Source of the DNA: Fumia sp.
GTDB taxonomy: Bacteria; Bacillota; Clostridia; Oscillospirales; Ruminococcaceae
Reading direction: 5' to 3'
NCBI GenBank assembly: GCA_045645505.1
Contig: JAZRIW010000024.1
Coordinates: forward strand, 6,189 to 70,188
DNA: 64,000 bases
This document shows positions 46,332-55,487 of this stretch, piece by piece. Made by a program: the position numbers and the translations under genes. The notes below the pieces were generated by a model, which saw only the letters and a program-made list of their open reading frames with translations, was not told where the DNA came from and did no database searches. Numbering within the stretch: position 1 is the first letter of the stretch; each line of letters starts with the position of its first letter.

Positions 46332-48545
46332 TTATTGAAAAGCACCCGGAAATTGCTTCTGAGTTTCTGCCATTACTTCTTCAGGTGGAATTTTCCCCAA
46401 AATAGCATTCCATATATTTTCAGATAACGTCAGTTCCAATTGACGCCCAACACAATCATCTGCAAAATTCAATGTACCAAATTCCTTGCCACGTAACTCT
46501 ATAGAGCGTTCATTAACAATACTCATCCACGGATAAATAGTTGTGAGTTCATTATCATAAAACACACTTTTAAATGGGCTGATTTGCCCCAATAACGAGC
46601 TGTGAACGGAAATGCGATTACTCATCTCCCAGTTAATAAATGCTGCACTTTCCTCTATCTGCTTGGAATAAGCATTTATTCCCATCAGCCAACCACCAAC
46701 CAATGCCGACGTTCCGGGAAGTCTGGCAAAACGAACATTTTGATCTGAAAATTTAAGCTGATCCTGCAAATGAATATTGTATGTAGAAATCATAGCAATA
46801 TTACCCTTAACAAATTCACGAACCTGTTCATCTTCCAAAAACTCTATACAATCCGGATAAGAATAGCTGTAACTTTCACACAGATTCTTCACAGCTTTTA
46901 AGTTTGGAATTGAAACCATATCAAGTCCGCTGTCACCCAAAAACTTTCCTCTGTATGACCATTGACGCGGCAAAAATTCTGCCATAATTCCATCCGGTTT
47001 GCCACCTACAAGACATGTTCCGTAATCTACGGGGGACTCCTCATTAAACTGACGAGTAAAGAATCTTGCAATTAAATTATACTCATTCCATGTTCGCGGA
47101 GGACGAAGCTGTACACCGTTTTTTAAATAAAATTTCTTTTTTAACAACTCATTATCAAAAAGGTCACCACGATAAGCTAACATCTGATAACCAACCAGAA
47201 TCGGAAGAGCATATAATTCTTCTCCCTCTGCCTCAGATAAAATATATCTCCGAACATCACGAATATAGCGCGGTAAAATTTCATCCAGATTCAGCAAACC
47301 ATTAAGCTTACAAAATACCTTTTCTTTCTTTAATTGTTGCAATAAGTGCATATCTGCCATGATAACATCATATTCAGAAGACTTATTTTTTGAATTTTCC
47401 GGGATAATATGCATTAATTCCTGCTGCGTTGCCTTTGTAACAGAAACCTCTATACCGGTCTGCAAAGTAAAATTTCTTGAAAGTTTCTCAATAGCATTAC
47501 AAATATTTGATTCCAACAACAGTAATTTTAATGTCTTTACGTTACTTCCCCTTGATACAAATGATTGCTCATCTTCAAAAAGATTTGACATATCATTATG
47601 TGGCTCCATTGTAACTAATCGTGTATCAAAGATTGTAGGATTTTGCATATTTTCAAATAACAGTTTAGCCGCCTGAATACCACATTGAATGGATTCCCGT
47701 GGTAAATATAATATACTGTCATCCCTGTGCTTATACCAGCTGTCACCGGATAATGCATATATCGAAACATTTCTAATATCAAGAAGGGCACAAATTTCAG
47801 AAACAGTTTTTGCCAGATGTGCCGCTGATACTATCAGACAGTTAACAGATGACGGTAACTCACACAAATAGTTAATCAAACCGGTAAAAGCTCTTTCTTT
47901 ACTGAATTCTGTTTCAAAAATTACAGGTTCTGCCTGTACCGAAGGATCGAGAGAATCCAGATAACCTTGTTTACAATCCGCTTCCGAACCTAAACTGCAA
48001 TTTCCTGTGATTAAACCTACCTTTTTGTTTTTTTGCATCAATACCCTTGTCAAATCGCCAACAATCTGAGCATTATCAAAGCGAACAACATTATATTCGC
48101 TGTTGATTGGATAATGGTCAACAAAAACAACAGGAACTCCCGTTGCATTATAATTATGAATAAGCTCATCATTCAAATTTGAAGAAATAACAATAATTCC
48201 ACTGACACTAAGCTGAATCAGTGCTTCAATTTCCTTGCATTCTTCATTGGGGTTACCCACTATTTTTAAAATTGGCTGACACTTTTTCTCTTTACAGATA
48301 CGATTAATACCTTCATATATCTGATGGTAATGACTATTTAAAGCATTGAGAACAACGCCGATAAAGCTGATTTTCTTTTTCCGCAAATTCATAGCTAAAA
48401 AGTTAGGATGATAATCCAGTTCTTCCATAGCTTTTATTACCTTTTGATGCAATTCTTCCGACACAGAAGTTTTATTGTTTAAAATATTTGATACCGTAGA
48501 TGCGGATACACCTGCAACTTTAGCTACATCTTTAATATTCGACAT
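46332..48545 (-). CDS. LacI-family regulator fused to a C-terminal sugar ABC solute-binding-protein domain
   Basis: IKDVAKVAGVSASTVS..YHPNFLA, LacI core, then YDVIM.D, LYALP, YRGDLF, PRTW.EY, GGWLMGIN; no signal peptide. Confidence 0.85.
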   Translation of the reverse strand: MSNIKDVAKVAGVSASTVSNILNNKTSVSEELHQKVIKAMEELDYHPNFLAMNLRKKKISFIGVVLNALNSHYHQIYEGINRICKEKKCQPILKIVGNPNEECKEIEALIQLSVSGIIVISSNLNDELIHNYNATGVPVVFVDHYPINSEYNVVRFDNAQIVGDLTRVLMQKNKKVGLITGNCSLGSEADCKQGYLDSLDPSVQAEPVIFETEFSKERAFTGLINYLCELPSSVNCLIVSAAHLAKTVSEICALLDIRNVSIYALSGDSWYKHRDDSILYLPRESIQCGIQAAKLLFENMQNPTIFDTRLVTMEPHNDMSNLFEDEQSFVSRGSNVKTLKLLLLESNICNAIEKLSRNFTLQTGIEVSVTKATQQELMHIIPENSKNKSSEYDVIMADMHLLQQLKKEKVFCKLNGLLNLDEILPRYIRDVRRYILSEAEGEELYALPILVGYQMLAYRGDLFDNELLKKKFYLKNGVQLRPPRTWNEYNLIARFFTRQFNEESPVDYGTCLVGGKPDGIMAEFLPRQWSYRGKFLGDSGLDMVSIPNLKAVKNLCESYSYSYPDCIEFLEDEQVREFVKGNIAMISTYNIHLQDQLKFSDQNVRFARLPGTSALVGGWLMGINAYSKQIEESAAFINWEMSNRISVHSSLLGQISPFKSVFYDNELTTIYPWMSIVNERSIELRGKEFGTLNFADDCVGRQLELTLSENIWNAILGKIPPEEVMAETQKQFPGAFQ

Positions 48546-48682
48546 AGGACTCCTCGTTGCAATTTCGGTGAAATAATCAACCGATACTGCCTTTCATTAA
48601 TTTGTTTATAGAATATCATACAAAGCACAAAAAGTCAAACTTACAAAGTCTTTTTTAACGCTGCAATTAAACTTTTAAATTA

Positions 48683-48714
48683 TAATCTCCGAAGGTAATT
48701 ACCTTCGGAGATTA
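48683..48714. terminator. 32-bp perfect palindrome after the rpiB-like gene (probable terminator or stabiliser)
   Basis: TAATCTCCGAAGGTAA|TTACCTTCGGAGATTA. Confidence 0.6.
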
Positions 48715-48730
48715 ATATAATATATCTGAA

Positions 48731-49306
48731 TTATTCTTCAGGTTTATCCATTAAGGAGAGAGGATAATATCCTAACTCTTTAACTTTAAAACCATTTGCT
48801 TTATATTCTTCATAATCAAAAGCGTCAAGCTCGTCCATAGACAATTTGTGGAATTCATAGAAATTAGGCCACCATGTATAATCACTACCCAAAGAAGCAC
48901 TTAAGTAAGCATCTGCGATAGCTTTACCCATTTCAGGAGCAACATAGAAAGCACCCATTGCCAAAACGTTTACACCGTTTCCTGTGATAGCACGACGTGC
49001 AGCCGGAACAGATTCTACAACACCTGCATGCACTCCGGGACATTTGGAAGCTGCTATATGAATTCCCATACCTGTGCCGCAGAATACAAGTGCACGTTCA
49101 AATTCTTTCTCAGTTATCATAGAACCAACACGTAATCCGATTCTATGGAACATCAACTTAGGATCTTCAGGATCATCAGGATTCTGAACACCTATATCGG
49201 TAATCTTCCATCCTTTGCCTTCCAAATACTCTTTAACAACATTTTTTAAGGGGCAGCCTGCGAAATCAGCAGCCATCAACAATTCTTTATTAGCAATTGT
49301 TTTCAT
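48731..49306 (-). CDS. Atypical RpiB/LacAB family isomerase
   Basis: ADFAG..LK, FCGTGMG..IAASK, NGVNVLAMG. Confidence 0.85.
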   Translation of the reverse strand: MKTIANKELLMAADFAGCPLKNVVKEYLEGKGWKITDIGVQNPDDPEDPKLMFHRIGLRVGSMITEKEFERALVFCGTGMGIHIAASKCPGVHAGVVESVPAARRAITGNGVNVLAMGAFYVAPEMGKAIADAYLSASLGSDYTWWPNFYEFHKLSMDELDAFDYEEYKANGFKVKELGYYPLSLMDKPEE

Positions 49307-49361
49307 ATTAACAAATCCTTTCTTTAATATAACCTAAATACTTACAGCGGATAGCCTATAT

Positions 49362-50801
49362 CTATGAGATAGCAGGTGTCCACTGCATATCACGATCCAA
49401 TGGATATATCGGGCGAGGAACAATATTGAAATCACAATCTACCATTACCTCACAAGTTGAACCTTTGGTAAGAAGCATAAGAAAATCTTTAGCGACTTCG
49501 CCTAATTTTGGCCACAAATATCCAAGTTTAACAACAACGACACGATAATCCTCCGGTTTAAGTCCATACTCATCAAAGAAAACAGGTGTTACTAAAGGTG
49601 TACGTTGTGCATTGACAATTACATCCACACCGTTAATACCAAGCAATACCGACTCAATAGGCTGATTGCCTGGCCAGCTGTAAACGATACCGCGACGTTT
49701 GAAAATAGCGTTTACCGTCACCGATGTACTTGCAGGATCCAATCTTCCACCAATAGTACACGATAACTCATCGCCCTCATTCAAATCTTTACACATATCC
49801 ACTACAACATCGTCAGCAATACCGGCAATAAGTACCTTATCTGCATTACGTTTTATAAAACGAGCAAGAACATCTGCATTATCCCCTGAACCGCCACCGG
49901 ATACATTATCTCCGGAATCGCTTAAGAATACAGGACGTACTGACTGGTTAAGTGCCCAATCAATTCCTTCATCTGCAGAAGCAGTAGGAGCACGGAATTT
50001 AAAATCTCCACGTACACGCCAGAACGCCTCTGCCAAAGTAAACGCAGCTTGTGTTGCCTCATCCTCCCCATTAAGTTCAGGAATAGCAACTACTGCACCA
50101 CCTGCACAGGTAGCGTCCACCCACGGATTGCCCAAAAAGATATTAAGGCATAACATATCGGTATTACGCTCTAATTCCCATAATTTTTCAATCAATTCGT
50201 TTCCGGGATAAATATCGGTAGTCATCGAATCACCATCGGCGATAACCGGCACCTTTACAATCAGTGGTTTTGGCAAATATTTTCTTTCAATACATGAAAG
50301 AAGCAGTTTTGCCGCACGAACGTGAGTATCCTCAATATCGGTATGAGGTGCTGTACGATAGCCACAAATTATATTGGCATAGTTTGCAATATCAGGATCA
50401 ATATCCGCATGTAAGTCAAAAGATAAAGCAATCGGAACATCGGGGCCAATTTTTTTACGCACCGCTTTGGCAATTGCCAAATCTCCGCTGCCAATACCAA
50501 CCACGTCCATAGCACCATGTAATCTTAACAATACACCATCAATATCATTATCAGGAAACTTTGCCAACATATCGTTTAAAATGCTATTAAACTCATCGCA
50601 AATAACACTTCCGCTCGGCACCGCTACGGCATGTACCGTATGAATAACTTCACAGTCATTCTCCCTTAAAAAATCCTCCGCCATTGTACGACCACTATTA
50701 TCACTACCTACTGATATATTAAAATTTTCTCTGGTAGTCAATACCGCAGTCAGCGAATTACTTTCTAATTCAAACGAACCATATACAATCTTTTTTTTCA
50801 T
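49362..50801 (-). CDS. MlrC / M81 family metallo-amidohydrolase
   Basis: ESNS, LHGAM, DLHA, YRTAPHTD, DSGDN..GG.SGD, VVKLGY, RPIYPLD. Confidence 0.85.
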   Translation of the reverse strand: MKKKIVYGSFELESNSLTAVLTTRENFNISVGSDNSGRTMAEDFLRENDCEVIHTVHAVAVPSGSVICDEFNSILNDMLAKFPDNDIDGVLLRLHGAMDVVGIGSGDLAIAKAVRKKIGPDVPIALSFDLHADIDPDIANYANIICGYRTAPHTDIEDTHVRAAKLLLSCIERKYLPKPLIVKVPVIADGDSMTTDIYPGNELIEKLWELERNTDMLCLNIFLGNPWVDATCAGGAVVAIPELNGEDEATQAAFTLAEAFWRVRGDFKFRAPTASADEGIDWALNQSVRPVFLSDSGDNVSGGGSGDNADVLARFIKRNADKVLIAGIADDVVVDMCKDLNEGDELSCTIGGRLDPASTSVTVNAIFKRRGIVYSWPGNQPIESVLLGINGVDVIVNAQRTPLVTPVFFDEYGLKPEDYRVVVVKLGYLWPKLGEVAKDFLMLLTKGSTCEVMVDCDFNIVPRPIYPLDRDMQWTPAIS

Positions 50802-50885
50802 AATAAACACCTCTGATGCAGGATAGTGTTACAAATTCATAAAAAGGATAAGAGAGTTCCCCTTATCCTTTTTATATGAATAAAA

Positions 50886-52400
50886 TTACAATTCAACTAC
50901 CTCAATACCTAACTGTTCAGCAAAGAGTCTCAAATCTTTACCAATGTGTGCAGGACAAGCAATTGCATGGTGTGCAAAACCGTTCTGAATAACATGTCTG
51001 TAGTACTCACGAACGGGCTTGTCAACCTGAACGATACATGTGGACTCTGCAACCTCAAGAGGTTTAGTATCAGGAATTGTACCTTCACTGATAAACATTT
51101 TCCAATCGCCGGAGTGGCTGATGATGTGGCACAAAGTAACAGGGCCAGGGCCAAATGTTGCTTCCAAACCGGGAGCTTTTCCTTCCCATCCCCATTCTTC
51201 ACAAGCCATACCAAGTTTAACCTTGCGGTCTTTACGTGTAGATCTGGGATCAACAAATCCGTGTCCAAGTAAGCAAACAGCATTAAGATCTTTATCGATT
51301 TCTTCCCATTCGCCGAAGAAAGGAGTAATACCGCCACTCATATCTTTCATAACTTTACAGATAATGAGACCTAAGATGTCACCCTCTGTAACACAGATTG
51401 CCTGGTCGTTTTTCAAGATATTTGCAAGACCGAGGTAAGAAGTTGTCTTAAATTCAGGCTCAATAAAGTGCTGGCCGAGAAGTGCAAGACCATCCAATTT
51501 ATATGTTTCAATCAAGTCGCTCATAGCAACGCCGAGACGTGCAGCCTGCATAAGATCAGCATCTGTCAAACCATCGATGATTTCAAACTCAGCTTTAGCT
51601 TCGTTTACCATAGCTACAACACGCTCATCTTTAGGATCAATACCATCGAAAATCTTGCGAAGGTGTTTGATATCGATATCCATGATGTGCGGACCGAGTT
51701 TACCATTGATGTCAGTTTTGTCGTACTGGAAGTCGTACATTCCGCGAAGAATGTGACCAATCAAACCGATATTCCAAAAATGGAGGTCACGAATTGTTTT
51801 ACGAACTTTAACCCAACGAAGGATATCTTCCTGAACTTCGGGGTCATCAATGCAACCAACAACTACTTCATAAGGCATGAAGCGTTTCATCTTGTTAAGA
51901 CCACAGCCTACCTGTGTAACACCCATAGGTCCGGAGTTACGACAAGCACCTGCATATCCTTCATCATAGTTCAATGTGTTACGCTCCTGAGAAGCAAACA
52001 ATAAAATAGGTGTGCTCTCGGGAACATGTAAAAGAGCCTGATGTACAAGATAGTCAGTTGTATATGTACCTTCTGCGATAATGATAACATCAACGCATTC
52101 TTTTTTAAACATCATACCTGCATCATTGGATTCATCAAGAGTCTGAATAAATCCGGGGTAAACGAGCTCACAATTAGGAGCAAGGATCTCAGCAATGTGA
52201 TCCATATTAGCCTTAACTTTATCACCAAGTCCGGGATACATACGGAAGAATTCAAAATAACCGGTAGCCAATAAACCTACCTTTAAATCTCCCAATTCAA
52301 GACGTTTGGAAATCAAGTCACCGGATTTTCCACCGCCCACGATTTCGAAGGACTGAATATACTCGTCGCTTCTGGTTGTTGCTGTACGCATTTCTGCCAT
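50886..52400 (-). CDS. L-arabinose/L-fucose isomerase family protein
   Basis: GHILRGMYD, TEGD, FFGEW, LLGHG, GPVTL, AHH. Confidence 0.8.
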   Translation of the reverse strand: MAEMRTATTRSDEYIQSFEIVGGGKSGDLISKRLELGDLKVGLLATGYFEFFRMYPGLGDKVKANMDHIAEILAPNCELVYPGFIQTLDESNDAGMMFKKECVDVIIIAEGTYTTDYLVHQALLHVPESTPILLFASQERNTLNYDEGYAGACRNSGPMGVTQVGCGLNKMKRFMPYEVVVGCIDDPEVQEDILRWVKVRKTIRDLHFWNIGLIGHILRGMYDFQYDKTDINGKLGPHIMDIDIKHLRKIFDGIDPKDERVVAMVNEAKAEFEIIDGLTDADLMQAARLGVAMSDLIETYKLDGLALLGQHFIEPEFKTTSYLGLANILKNDQAICVTEGDILGLIICKVMKDMSGGITPFFGEWEEIDKDLNAVCLLGHGFVDPRSTRKDRKVKLGMACEEWGWEGKAPGLEATFGPGPVTLCHIISHSGDWKMFISEGTIPDTKPLEVAESTCIVQVDKPVREYYRHVIQNGFAHHAIACPAHIGKDLRLFAEQLGIEVVEL

Positions 52401-52422
52401 AACAATTTCCTCCTTAAAATGT

Positions 52423-53757
52423 TTAATTATTTTTTGGTTCTACAAATGTATACTTTAAACCCGCCATACGGGCGAAAAGTCTTAATTCTTCAACCCAGTC
52501 ACCGCTAAGTCCAATCCAATGGTGACCGGTACCGGCCTGTGCCAATACATCCGGCATGGTACGAACATCTCCGTTAAATTTAAGTGCTAACGGATTTCCT
52601 TCGTAACCTGAATTATCTTTAACGCTTTCTCCACGCATTACACTGAGTCTTAATTCATCACTGCCATTCATCAGATTAACCAATGTAACAGTGCCGGGCA
52701 TCTGTGTTTCGTAGAAAACGCTTAATCCATCATTTGTCTCTATTGATCTCTTAAGGCTGATGTTTTTCGGACAACCGGCTAATTTAGTAGCGCCTGCACC
52801 ACAATGTGAAAACATAATTACATTTCTCTCACGGTCAAGCTGTAAAAAGTCGCCGTTAAATGCAGGCTGACCGGTAAGCCACCCTACCATAGTCATCAGA
52901 ATGGTAGCATGTAAATCTCCTTCACAACCGGAGCCAATGCACTCATCATTGAGCATACTGATACCAAGACAAATCTTTGCTTTAAGATTCGGGAAACAAT
53001 TTAAAGAATAACCCTTAAGTTTCTTTTGCTCAACCTGTGCCCTTGCAGCCATATAGTAACGGACAGATAACAATCCATCTTCATCTCTTACATCCGCACA
53101 ACCAAAGCAAGGACGCATTGAATTCCATCTGCGACAAATTTCTTCTTCATCCTGCTTGTCTGCCTCTTTATAGAAATCTTCGATGGGCATATTGACGATT
53201 GTAACGCCTAATTTCTGATCCAGAAGATACTCATTTGCTTCCATACTGTACATAATCTCAGGTTTATGGCCGGAATAGCCGAAACGAGCACCATAAAGAC
53301 GGTTTTTAAGCATAGCAGCTTTAGAATAGTGTGCTAATTGCTCCATACAATATGGATCATTAACCTCACCGGAAACTACTAAACAATCTTTTTTAAGTGT
53401 TTTTAAAGATGCGGTAATTAAGGGAGTACAAACCATAGTTATGCAAGTAACTTCTCTGTCATGTGCCCAGATAAATACCGGCTTGTCACAAGCTTTAACC
53501 AATTCTGTAACAAAATAATCAGCCACAAAAGTAGCAAGAAAAACTACCAGACAATCTACATTTTCTTTTTTAAATTGCAATCCTGCTTCAAATGCTTCTT
53601 CAGGAGAAAAAACTGCCGGTGCCGCGCAAACCTCATAACCTGCTTTTTCAAGCATTTCAAGGCCTTCAAGACGTTTACTCTCACACATCTCATCGCCTAA
53701 AAAATAATTAGGCAACGCCATAGTAACAAATCCAAGTTTTGGTGTTGTTGCTTTCAT
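52423..53757 (-). CDS. L-fucose/L-arabinose isomerase family protein
   Basis: CEGD, FNGD, SHCG, G.VTL.N, GHHW; ATG 53757. Confidence 0.8.
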   Translation of the reverse strand: MKATTPKLGFVTMALPNYFLGDEMCESKRLEGLEMLEKAGYEVCAAPAVFSPEEAFEAGLQFKKENVDCLVVFLATFVADYFVTELVKACDKPVFIWAHDREVTCITMVCTPLITASLKTLKKDCLVVSGEVNDPYCMEQLAHYSKAAMLKNRLYGARFGYSGHKPEIMYSMEANEYLLDQKLGVTIVNMPIEDFYKEADKQDEEEICRRWNSMRPCFGCADVRDEDGLLSVRYYMAARAQVEQKKLKGYSLNCFPNLKAKICLGISMLNDECIGSGCEGDLHATILMTMVGWLTGQPAFNGDFLQLDRERNVIMFSHCGAGATKLAGCPKNISLKRSIETNDGLSVFYETQMPGTVTLVNLMNGSDELRLSVMRGESVKDNSGYEGNPLALKFNGDVRTMPDVLAQAGTGHHWIGLSGDWVEELRLFARMAGLKYTFVEPKNN

Positions 53758-53860
53758 ATTACACACATCCCTTACTTAAAATAGGATAAAATCTCATAAT
53801 TAACAAATATCAATAGTCACAAAAAGGCGCAGTTGCAACCATATTAACCATTGTGACACA

Positions 53861-53889
53861 ATATTATCATAGGAAAAATTCAAAGTCAA
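53861..53889 (-). promoter_or_regulatory. Promoter of the isomerase operon
   Basis: TTGACT-17-TAATAT with TG extension. Confidence 0.6.
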
Positions 53890-53932
53890 TAATTTAGAAG
53901 CAAAATTGTCAAAATAATATATTTAACGTTTC

Positions 53933-53946
53933 GTGTAACGTTACAC
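53933..53946. promoter_or_regulatory. LacI-type operator palindrome
   Basis: Perfect GTGTAACGTTACAC with central CG, between divergent promoters. Confidence 0.6.
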
Positions 53947-54019
53947 AGGAAATGATTCCTGGACTCTGTAAACTGATTTTCACCCTCTTTATCTCATAAA
54001 TTGAAATAACTTCTTGTAA

Positions 54020-54048
54020 TTGACTTTTTCAAGGTAAAGTGCTACAAT
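54020..54048 (+). promoter_or_regulatory. Promoter upstream of the MATE gene
   Basis: TTGACT-17-TACAAT with TG extension. Confidence 0.65.
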
Positions 54049-54115
54049 AACAATGTATTTTCATAATTTTACATTATTTTTATAAAAATTATATACAAAA
54101 AGGAACATAAAACAG

Positions 54116-55468
54116 ATGACAAACACAATGGTTAAAGATTTGACAACGGGAAGTGTACCAAAACTTCTTTTGAAATTTGCTTTCCCGCTGTTTTTATCAA
54201 ATGCACTTCAGGCAATATATAATATAGTCGATATGATAGTAGTCGGACAATATCTCGGCGGTGCGGGAATGTCTGCAGTTTCCACCGGTGGAGATATTCT
54301 TCATCTTTTAACCTTTATTGCGATGGGATTTTCCTCAGCTGGACAAGTCCTTATTGCTCAGGACGTTGGCGCGAAAAACTTTGAAAGAGTTAAAAGAACA
54401 ATAGGAACAATGTTCACTTTTTTACTGATTGCATCTGTTTCTGTTACAATAATTTGTCTCATAATCAGAAAGCCTATGCTTTCCTGGCTCAACACTCCTG
54501 AAGAAGCCTTTGAATACACAATGGATTATACGGTTACCTGCATAATAGGTCTTGTATTTATCTATGGTTACAATATAGTAAGTGCTATTCTGCGTGGAAT
54601 GGGTGACAGCAAACGCCCATTTATTTTTGTTGCTATTGCCGCTATTCTCAATTTGATTTTAGATATTGTATTTGTTGTATATTTCGACATGAAAATTTTC
54701 GGCGCAGCTCTCGCAACTGTAATAGGGCAGGCGGTAAGTGTTGTAATTTCTCTTATATACCTGTACAAAAAAAGAGATTACTTTTGCTTTGACTTTAAGC
54801 TTAGAAGCTTTGCGATAGATAAAGATGCATTTAAACGGATTATAGCACTTGGTGTGCCTATGGCAATACAATCTGCAGCTGTAAGCTTGTCTAAAATAAT
54901 ACTGATGGCATGGATAAATATGTTTGGTATTATATATTCTGCTATGGCAGGAATCTACAACAAAGTAGGAGTGATGATAGCTGTTGTTTCAAACTCCTTT
55001 ACCACAGCCGGAAGCTCTATGGTCGGACAAAATCTTGGTGCAGGGAAAATCAAAAGAATATCTTTGATACTCAAAACTGTAACAATATGCGGAATGATAA
55101 TCACACTTGTTTTATCAGCGATACTCTTCTTTTTCCCAAATCAGGTCTATGCGACATTCACTAATGATTCAAGCGTATTAGCCCTATCAGGAATTCTTAC
55201 AGCACCGATCATATTTAACTTCTTTGGTGCGGCCACAAGAAGTGTCAGCTTTTCTTTAATCAACGGATCAGGAAACACCAGACTTAATCTTGCAGTAGCT
55301 ATTATAGACGGTATAATAAGCCGAATCGGTTTCGCTGCGTTATTTGGATTTGTGATGAGTATGGATTGTCTCGGTTTTTGGTACGGAGATGCTCTTGCAG
55401 GCTTTATGCCAATCGTAATCGGACTTTGTTTTTTAGCATCAGGCAAGTGGAAAAATATAAACAAATAA
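54116..55468 (+). CDS. MATE family efflux transporter
   Basis: DLTTG...KLLL.FA.P, YNIVD.IVVG, LRGMGDSKRP, GAALATVIGQ. Confidence 0.93.
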   Translation: MTNTMVKDLTTGSVPKLLLKFAFPLFLSNALQAIYNIVDMIVVGQYLGGAGMSAVSTGGDILHLLTFIAMGFSSAGQVLIAQDVGAKNFERVKRTIGTMFTFLLIASVSVTIICLIIRKPMLSWLNTPEEAFEYTMDYTVTCIIGLVFIYGYNIVSAILRGMGDSKRPFIFVAIAAILNLILDIVFVVYFDMKIFGAALATVIGQAVSVVISLIYLYKKRDYFCFDFKLRSFAIDKDAFKRIIALGVPMAIQSAAVSLSKIILMAWINMFGIIYSAMAGIYNKVGVMIAVVSNSFTTAGSSMVGQNLGAGKIKRISLILKTVTICGMIITLVLSAILFFFPNQVYATFTNDSSVLALSGILTAPIIFNFFGAATRSVSFSLINGSGNTRLNLAVAIIDGIISRIGFAALFGFVMSMDCLGFWYGDALAGFMPIVIGLCFLASGKWKNINK

Positions 55469-55487
55469 AGTTAAGGGGATTTTAAAA

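Noticed and set aside
46128-53766. Genomic island integrated at tRNA-Arg
   Set aside because: No integrase and no duplicated tRNA 3' end (att site) found by eye in the window.
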